Positions 58,208 through 64,000 of a stretch of DNA of 64,000 nucleotides are shown here, piece by piece (position 1 is the stretch's first letter; each line of letters opens with the position of its first letter). Under the pieces are notes generated by a model that was not told where the DNA came from, did not search any database, and saw only the letters and a list, made by a program, of their open reading frames with translations. The position numbers and the translations under genes were made by a program. Source of the DNA: Bacteroidota bacterium (lineage in GTDB: Bacteria; Bacteroidota; Ignavibacteria; SZUA-365); NCBI GenBank assembly GCA_029907355.1, contig JARYLZ010000005.1, positions 5,466 to 69,465 on the forward strand. The letters run 5' to 3'.

Positions 58208-59136
58208 AAAGCGCAGTGTCGATCCAAGGCCTGGCGAAGTCCTACGGCACGACACGAGCGGTCGACGGCCTCGACTTGGAGATCGAACAAGGCGAATTGT
58301 TCGGGATCATCGGCCCCGACGGCGCGGGGAAAACCACAACGATGCAGATCCTCGTGACGTTGATCCCGCCGGACAAGGGCGAAGTGCTCGTCGGTGGTCA
58401 CGACGTCCGGACCGGTATACAAGCTATCCGTTCGCTCGTGGGGTATATGCCTCAGCGATTTTCTCTTTACCCGGATCTGTCCGTAGAGCAAAACATCGAT
58501 TTCTTCGCGGAACTCTTCGGGGTACCGAAATCGGAGATGGCTGTCCGGAAACAGAGGCTCTACCGTTTCAGCAGGCTCGGTCCCTTCGCGAAACGACTTG
58601 CGGGGAAGCTGTCCGGTGGGATGAAACAGAAGCTCGCCCTCTCGTGTACGCTCGTCCACGATCCGGAAATCCTCATCCTCGACGAACCCACTACAGGCGT
58701 CGACCCCCTTTCGCGTCTCGAGTTCTGGGAGATTCTCCACCACCTTCATCGCATGGGCACCACCGTCATCGTCACCACGCCGTACATCGACGAGGCGCTT
58801 TCGTGCGACCGTGTCGCCGTCATGCACGGCGGTCAATCGCTCGCCTGTGGGACGCCCGACGAACTCGTCTCCCTGTTCCCGCACAAATTGTACGCGATCC
58901 GGGAGCCGGGCATATCCCTCCACGACACGCTCGTCATGTCCATCCGCGGTGTATTACGAGTTGCCGCTTTCGGGGACAGCCTCCATGTCGCCGCCGAGCC
59001 GGACACATCCCCCTCACAGCTCGAGACCGAGCTTTCGGCCGCCCTTGGCAGGGGGATCAATCTCGAACCCATTTCCCCTTCGCTCGAAGACGTTTTCATC
59101 CACCTCATTCACACGAAGAGAAACGATGGGGCCTGA
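58204..59136 (+). CDS. ABC transporter ATP-binding protein (ABC-2/YbhF-like, first of two)
   Basis: It has Walker A GPDGAGKTTT, the signature LSGGMKQKLAL and Walker B ILILDEPTTGVD. The GTG start overlaps the hlyD stop (GTGA). Confidence 0.9.
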   Translation: MKSAVSIQGLAKSYGTTRAVDGLDLEIEQGELFGIIGPDGAGKTTTMQILVTLIPPDKGEVLVGGHDVRTGIQAIRSLVGYMPQRFSLYPDLSVEQNIDFFAELFGVPKSEMAVRKQRLYRFSRLGPFAKRLAGKLSGGMKQKLALSCTLVHDPEILILDEPTTGVDPLSRLEFWEILHHLHRMGTTVIVTTPYIDEALSCDRVAVMHGGQSLACGTPDELVSLFPHKLYAIREPGISLHDTLVMSIRGVLRVAAFGDSLHVAAEPDTSPSQLETELSAALGRGINLEPISPSLEDVFIHLIHTKRNDGA

Positions 59137-59878
59137 TACCACCGTATCTGTTCGTGGACTCACACGGGATTTCGGGTCGTTCCGGGCGGTCGACGACGTG
59201 TGGTTCGAGGTACACACAGGCGAAGTGTTCGGTTTTCTCGGTGCGAACGGTGCCGGGAAGACAACCCTCATACGGATGTTGTGCGGCCTGCTCGAACCGA
59301 CAGCCGGGACTGCGACGGTTTGTGGACTGGATATCCGGACGCGGACACGGGATGTGCGGCGCATCATCGGCTACATGAGTCAGAAGTTCTCCCTGTATGA
59401 AGACCTGCCCGTCCGGGCGAACATCGAGTTCTTCGGCGGTGTGTACGGTTTGCCGCGCTCAGCGCTCAAGCGGAGTATCGCGAGGCTGACCGCCGAGTTA
59501 CAGCTGGAGGAATACGCTTCCGCGCAGACCCGAAGCTTGCCGCTGGGCATCAAGCAACGGCTGGCACTGGGGATCGCCCTTCTCCACAATCCCTCCGTCC
59601 TCTTCCTCGACGAACCGACGGCGGGCGTCGACCCCATCATCCGGCGGAATTTCTGGCGCATCATCTACGACATCGCAGGACGCGGTTCGACCGTTTTCGT
59701 GACGACACATTACATGGAGGAAGCCGAGTATTGCAACCGCCTTCTCATCATGCACCAGGGGAAAATCATCGAAACGGGTTCCCCCTCCGAACTGAAAACG
59801 CGCCACGACCGCCCCACCATTCGCGACGTTTTCATCCGCTTGATTTCCGAACGCATGCAGGAAGAGAACGCCGTATGA
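59126..59878 (+). CDS. ABC transporter ATP-binding protein (ABC-2/YbhF-like, second of two)
   Basis: It has MGPDTTVSVRGLTRDFG, Walker A GANGAGKTTLI, an atypical signature region LPLGIKQRLAL and Walker B LFLDEPTAGVD. It overlaps the previous gene by 11 nt. Confidence 0.9.
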   Translation: MGPDTTVSVRGLTRDFGSFRAVDDVWFEVHTGEVFGFLGANGAGKTTLIRMLCGLLEPTAGTATVCGLDIRTRTRDVRRIIGYMSQKFSLYEDLPVRANIEFFGGVYGLPRSALKRSIARLTAELQLEEYASAQTRSLPLGIKQRLALGIALLHNPSVLFLDEPTAGVDPIIRRNFWRIIYDIAGRGSTVFVTTHYMEEAEYCNRLLIMHQGKIIETGSPSELKTRHDRPTIRDVFIRLISERMQEENAV

Positions 59879-59906
59879 GATCGAAGACGAGAAACGGTTC
59901 CCCGAT

Positions 59907-61010
59907 ATGAAACGTCGAGTCTTCGCCGTCATCCGTAAGGAATTCATCCACATCGCACGGGACTTCCGGTCCCTCATCATCATCCTGGTGATGCCCGTCC
60001 TCATGATCGCGCTGTACGGCTACGGCATCACACTCGATATGCGTTGTATCCGTTTCGCCGTCGTCGATCTATCCCGCACACCGCAGAGCCGCGCCCTGAT
60101 CGCGTCTTTTACCGGGAATGGCTTCTTCCGGGAAGTGGCGGGCGACTACACGCCGGACGATGCCCCGTCCCTTTTCCGGCAGCGTCGCATACAGATGATG
60201 CTGGTCATTCCCCGGGATTTCGCCGCTTCGCTGGCAACACAGGCGGAAACGACCGTGCAAGTCCTCGTGGACGCCACGGATGCGAACGTGGGGACGTACA
60301 TTCACACATACACCGAGCAGGTCCTCCAGGGGTACGCATCTTCCCTCTCCGGCGCCGTGCAACCGATCCTTCGTCTGGAACCCCGCCTGCTCTACAACCC
60401 GGACCGAAAGAGCACACACTTTTTCGTCCCGGGGCTGATCGCCGTCCTGCTCATGCTCGTCAGTGCCCTGCTCACGTCGATCACCATCACCCGGGAACGG
60501 GAGAGCGGCACGATGGAGCAAATCCTGGTTTCCCCGATTCGCCCCGTCGAAATCGTCATCGGCAAAGTGATCCCGTACATCACGATCGGCTTCGCCGACG
60601 GTGCCCTCATCCTCGCTTCCGCCCGTATCCTGTTCGGAACGCCGGTCCACGGAAGCCTCCTGCTCCTCGCCCTCCTCGGGACGGTGTATGTTTTCGTCGC
60701 GTTGAGCTTCGGTCTCCTGGTCTCGACCGTCGCTCGAACGCAGGTGATCGCGATGTTCATGACGGTCATGCTAACGATTCTCCCCACGTTCCTGCTGAGC
60801 GGGTTCCTCTTCCCCGTCGCCAGCATGCCCACCGTTCTCCAATACCTCTCCCGCATCATTCCCGCCACGTATTTCCTCGTGATCATCCGCGGCGTCATGC
60901 TGAAAGGGGTGGGGATTGCGGAATTGTGGTTACCGATCGTCTCTCTCTGTGCCATCGGGACTTTCATCCTCAGCGTTGCTGTAATGAGGTTCCGCATTTC
61001 CCTCGAGTGA
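59907..61010 (+). CDS. ABC-2 type transporter permease (YbhS/YbhR-like)
   Basis: An N-terminal transmembrane segment is followed by a large periplasmic loop and then five transmembrane segments. It has the ITRERESGTMEQILVSPI motif typical of the ABC-2 family. Confidence 0.85.
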   Translation: MKRRVFAVIRKEFIHIARDFRSLIIILVMPVLMIALYGYGITLDMRCIRFAVVDLSRTPQSRALIASFTGNGFFREVAGDYTPDDAPSLFRQRRIQMMLVIPRDFAASLATQAETTVQVLVDATDANVGTYIHTYTEQVLQGYASSLSGAVQPILRLEPRLLYNPDRKSTHFFVPGLIAVLLMLVSALLTSITITRERESGTMEQILVSPIRPVEIVIGKVIPYITIGFADGALILASARILFGTPVHGSLLLLALLGTVYVFVALSFGLLVSTVARTQVIAMFMTVMLTILPTFLLSGFLFPVASMPTVLQYLSRIIPATYFLVIIRGVMLKGVGIAELWLPIVSLCAIGTFILSVAVMRFRISLE

Positions 61011-61029
61011 CCCCGATCAGGCGCCGGCA

Positions 61030-62151
61030 ATGAGACAGGTTTTCTACCTCATGCAGAAGGAGTTCCGTCAGATCGTGCGGGACCGCTTCATGATCGCTCT
61101 CCTCTTCGTCGCCCCGCTCGTCCTCATCTTCGTGCTCGGCAACGCGGTCACGACCGAAGTTCTCGGCATACGCATGGTTTTCTACGACGGCGACCGCACG
61201 CCCTTTAGCCGCGAACTCCTCGCCCACTTCAGGGATTCGCGGTACTTCCGTATTGTCGGGTACGAGAGCCGTTACCGCGAACTCACTCGGCTCATGGACA
61301 GGGGAGAAGCGCAAGTTGCGGTCGTTCTGCCCGCGGGGTTCCAGCGCGACATTCTACGAGGTTCGGCTCCAACCGTCCAGGTCCTCGTCGATGCGTTGGA
61401 CGGGAATTCCGCAGGGGTCGCTTTGGGATATGTGACGGACATCGTCCGCCGTTTCCACAAACAGGCCGCCGTGTCGATGCCTCTGCCGGTCATCCCCACC
61501 GGCGGGAGACGTGTCGCCGCGGAAACCCGGTTCTGGTACAACCCGAACCTCGAGAGCCGTGTCTTCATCATCCCGGGCATCATGGCTATCCTTCTCGTCA
61601 TCACGACGGTCCTCCTGACCAGTTTGGGGATCGTCCGTGAAAAGGAGATTGGGACTCTCGAACAGCTCATGGTGACGCCGATCCGCTCGTGGCAGCTCAT
61701 TGCAGGGAAGACGCTCCCGTTCTGCGTGGTCGGCTTCATCGCAGCCATCCTCTGCATGGTATTCATCAGGATCATTTTCGGGATCGGGATCGCGGGCAGC
61801 ATCCTCCTGCTTGCCGTGGAATCCGTCCTGTTCATCCTCACGACTCTCGGCATGGGCATCCTCGTCAGCACCATTTCTCATTCTCAGCAGCAGGCTCTGT
61901 TCATCGCGTGGTTCTTCATGATCTTCGGTATGATCCTCTCCGGCTTTTTCATTCCGATCGCCAATATGCCACCCCTGATCCAGGTTCTCACCTATGCCAA
62001 TCCGGTGCGGTACTATATGACCATACTCCGTGAAATCTACCTGAAAGGCACGGGTTTGTCCGACCTCGTCGAGGAAACCGTCGCTCTCGCCGTCTTCGGC
62101 ACCGTCGTGTTCTCCGCTGCCGTTCTCCGCTTCCGCCGTACCCTACGGTGA
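61030..62151 (+). CDS. ABC-2 type transporter permease (YbhS/YbhR-like), paralogue of the previous gene
   Basis: It has the same topology as the previous permease and the motif IVREKEIGTLEQLMVTPI. Confidence 0.85.
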   Translation: MRQVFYLMQKEFRQIVRDRFMIALLFVAPLVLIFVLGNAVTTEVLGIRMVFYDGDRTPFSRELLAHFRDSRYFRIVGYESRYRELTRLMDRGEAQVAVVLPAGFQRDILRGSAPTVQVLVDALDGNSAGVALGYVTDIVRRFHKQAAVSMPLPVIPTGGRRVAAETRFWYNPNLESRVFIIPGIMAILLVITTVLLTSLGIVREKEIGTLEQLMVTPIRSWQLIAGKTLPFCVVGFIAAILCMVFIRIIFGIGIAGSILLLAVESVLFILTTLGMGILVSTISHSQQQALFIAWFFMIFGMILSGFFIPIANMPPLIQVLTYANPVRYYMTILREIYLKGTGLSDLVEETVALAVFGTVVFSAAVLRFRRTLR

Positions 62152-62303
62152 CCAGGCACCCTCGGGTACGCCTTGCCTCTGACGGTTTTCCGCTCTAATT
62201 TCCTCCGGCGATTTCACCGTCTCGGATACGATCCTCCCGCAGCGCATCCCTCGCGAGCGGTGACATTGCACGTGGAATCCGCTCACATCATCCTCGAGGC
62301 GAC

Positions 62304-62744
62304 ATGGAATACTACTGGTGGTTCGTCTTCGCCCTCGTGTTTTTCATCATGGAGATCATCACACCGGGTTTCGTTCTCATGTGGTTCGGAATCGGGGCGC
62401 TCATCTCCGGCGTATTGGACCTGCTCGGCGTACACGACATCATTCTCCAGGTGATCGTATTCGTCGTGACCTCCATCGTGCTCGTCTCCCTCTCCCGCAC
62501 GCTCTTTAAAAATGTTTTCATGCGCTCATCCCCCGGCGCCGGTCTGAAGACGAACGCGGAAGCGCTGATCGGGAAGACCGGTGTCGTCACGGAAGCCATC
62601 GACAACGAGCGCAGCACGGGCAGAATCCTGGTCGATGGGCAAGACTGGGCGGCCCGCTCGGAAAACGTCGAGGTCATCCGACCGAGCGAGCGCGTCCGCG
62701 TCACGGGATTCGAAGGGGCACGTCTGATCGTCACGCGAGCATGA
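62304..62744 (+). CDS. NfeD-family membrane protein (short form with a C-terminal OB-fold)
   Basis: It has three N-terminal transmembrane segments. The C-terminal block LIGKTGVVTEAIDNERSTGRILVDGQDWAARSE...RVRVTGFEGARLIV is typical of NfeD. It lies directly upstream of an SPFH gene. Confidence 0.8.
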   Translation: MEYYWWFVFALVFFIMEIITPGFVLMWFGIGALISGVLDLLGVHDIILQVIVFVVTSIVLVSLSRTLFKNVFMRSSPGAGLKTNAEALIGKTGVVTEAIDNERSTGRILVDGQDWAARSENVEVIRPSERVRVTGFEGARLIVTRA

Positions 62745-62819
62745 TCGGTTCGTATCCCCTGCCCTCGCACTCCCGACGATACCCGCTACCTACCCCTTTT
62801 CATTACATCCGGAGTTCCC

Positions 62820-63743
62820 ATGGAAGCCGTCACCATCATCCTCATCATTATCATCGTCTTCGCATTCATCGTCGCCGTCAGCAGTATCAAGATGGTCAGC
62901 CAGGCGACGGTGAAGATCATCGAACGGCTCGGGAAATACCATAAAACGGCGACGTCGGGACTCAATATCATCGTTCCCTTCATCGACTCGGTCCGCGCGA
63001 CGCTCGACCTGCGCGAACAATTGACCGATATCGAACCCCAGCCGGTCATCACCCGCGACAACGTCACCATGGAAGTGGACTGCGTCGTGTACTGGCAGAT
63101 CATCGATCCGATCAAGGCCGTCTATGAAATTTCCCAGCTCAAGTACGGCATCCAGCAGTTGACGCTCAGCGCCCTGCGCGCCGTCATCGGCGAGATGGAT
63201 CTCGACCACACGCTCGCAGGCCGGGACCAGATCAACACGAAACTGCGTGCTTCCCTCGACAGTGCAACGGACAAGTGGGGCGTCAAGGTGATGCGGATCG
63301 AGTTGCGGAACATCCTTCCTCCGGAAGACATCCGCCTCACCATGGAGAAGCAGATGACCGCGGAGCGGAACCGCCGCGCGGTCATTCTCGAGGCTGAGGG
63401 GGAAAAGCAGGCGGCCATTCTCCGCGCCGAGGGACAGAAGCAATCGGCCATCGTGGCTGCCGAGGGCAAAAAGCAATCAGCCATCCTCGAAGCGGAAGGC
63501 CAAGCCGAGGCACGGCTCCGCGTCGCGAACGCGGAAGCACAGGCGATCACCGTCGTGTCGCAAGCTTTGAAAACGCAGGCGGGCGACCCGGCAAGCTATC
63601 TCGTCGCGATGAAGTACCTCGAGTCGTTGAAGGATATTTCCTTCAACGCCCAGAAGATCGTATTCCTCCCCTTCGAGGCGGCGGGGGTCATGGGATCCCT
63701 CGGCGGCATGAAGGAAATGCTCGGGCACATCGGGGTGAAGTGA
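62820..63743 (+). CDS. SPFH/band-7 (stomatin/slipin-like) protein
   Basis: An N-terminal transmembrane segment is followed by ...VSQATVKIIERLGKYHKTATSGLNIIVPFID...TRDNVTMEVDCVVYWQIIDP.... A coiled AEGxKQxAIL repeat region follows. Confidence 0.9.
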   Translation: MEAVTIILIIIIVFAFIVAVSSIKMVSQATVKIIERLGKYHKTATSGLNIIVPFIDSVRATLDLREQLTDIEPQPVITRDNVTMEVDCVVYWQIIDPIKAVYEISQLKYGIQQLTLSALRAVIGEMDLDHTLAGRDQINTKLRASLDSATDKWGVKVMRIELRNILPPEDIRLTMEKQMTAERNRRAVILEAEGEKQAAILRAEGQKQSAIVAAEGKKQSAILEAEGQAEARLRVANAEAQAITVVSQALKTQAGDPASYLVAMKYLESLKDISFNAQKIVFLPFEAAGVMGSLGGMKEMLGHIGVK

Positions 63744-63814
63744 TCCGGCAACGAGATCGTCACACGGCATACCCAGCGGGGGGATCCCGGAATCGCCCTT
63801 TCCTTCCTTGAAGA

Positions 63815-63856
63815 GAACGGCTCATGGACATTCCACCCATGAGCCGTTCCGTTTTT
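63815..63856 (+). terminator. Rho-independent terminator after the NfeD-SPFH pair
   Basis: A perfect 13-bp stem, GAACGGCTCATGG/CCATGAGCCGTTC, encloses a 9-nt loop. It is followed by CGTTTTT and lies 72 nt after the stop at 63743. Confidence 0.75.
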
Positions 63857-64000
63857 CCAGGAAACAGCCGATGCCATCTCGGTGGACTGGTGCATTTTCA
63901 TCCTGCTATGGGAATGATTCTCTTCCGTCCCGTTGTACCGTCCAGCAGGTGAATGCGTTTTTCGTATCTCGGAGCGGTTTTCACGATCGATCCCGCCGGC

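Noticed and set aside
63596-63901. 101-aa minus-strand ORF at the right end
   Set aside because: It overlaps the SPFH gene 3' end and runs through the strong terminator hairpin at 63815-63849. It has no motif support.

Overview
This is a visibly GC-rich, gene-dense chromosomal segment; GC was not computed. All family calls come from motifs read in the supplied translations, because no database or HMM search was possible. I support about 44 CDS, one tRNA-Pro, two rho-independent terminators and a few promoter or operator candidates. I saw no rRNA, CRISPR array, transposase or integrase.

The secreted proteins carry type IX secretion-style C-terminal sorting domains, and GlmM has the SISGIRG-type N-terminus. 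Both point to a member of the FCB (Fibrobacterota-Chlorobiota-Bacteroidota) group. The exact lineage cannot be determined.

Gene content from left to right:
- nuoN tail, nnr, a VanZ-like gene and ychF.
- A 2,233-aa adhesin-like T9SS (type IX secretion system) cargo protein.
- A tightly coupled plus-strand string: NUDIX (MutT-like), MutY-like, Ogg2-type Ogg, an orphan FecE-type ABC ATPase, nusB and an MFS transporter, followed by tRNA-Pro.
- A minus-strand string: lexA, two ~1,770-aa gingipain/PorU-like C25 proteins and a short DnaE2-like polymerase.
- An envelope cluster: a TPR-bearing polytopic membrane protein, asnB, a DUF1624-like gene, a GT87-like gene and a DUF2279-like gene.
- pgm-like, glycerate kinase, eno and glmM-like genes.
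- A small lower-GC patch with a HicB-like (and possibly HicA-like) pair.
- fbp, a BNR/Asp-box protein and a methyltransferase.
- A TetR-TolC-HlyD-2xATPase-2xABC-2 permease efflux locus (YbhGFSR-like).
- An NfeD/stomatin pair.

The most unusual observation is the apparent operon in which lexA and a DnaE2-like polymerase bracket two giant signal-peptide-bearing clan-CD protease-like genes. Those two genes sit where imuA and imuB would normally be. The second is that all three arms of the 8-oxoguanine (GO) repair system are contiguous.
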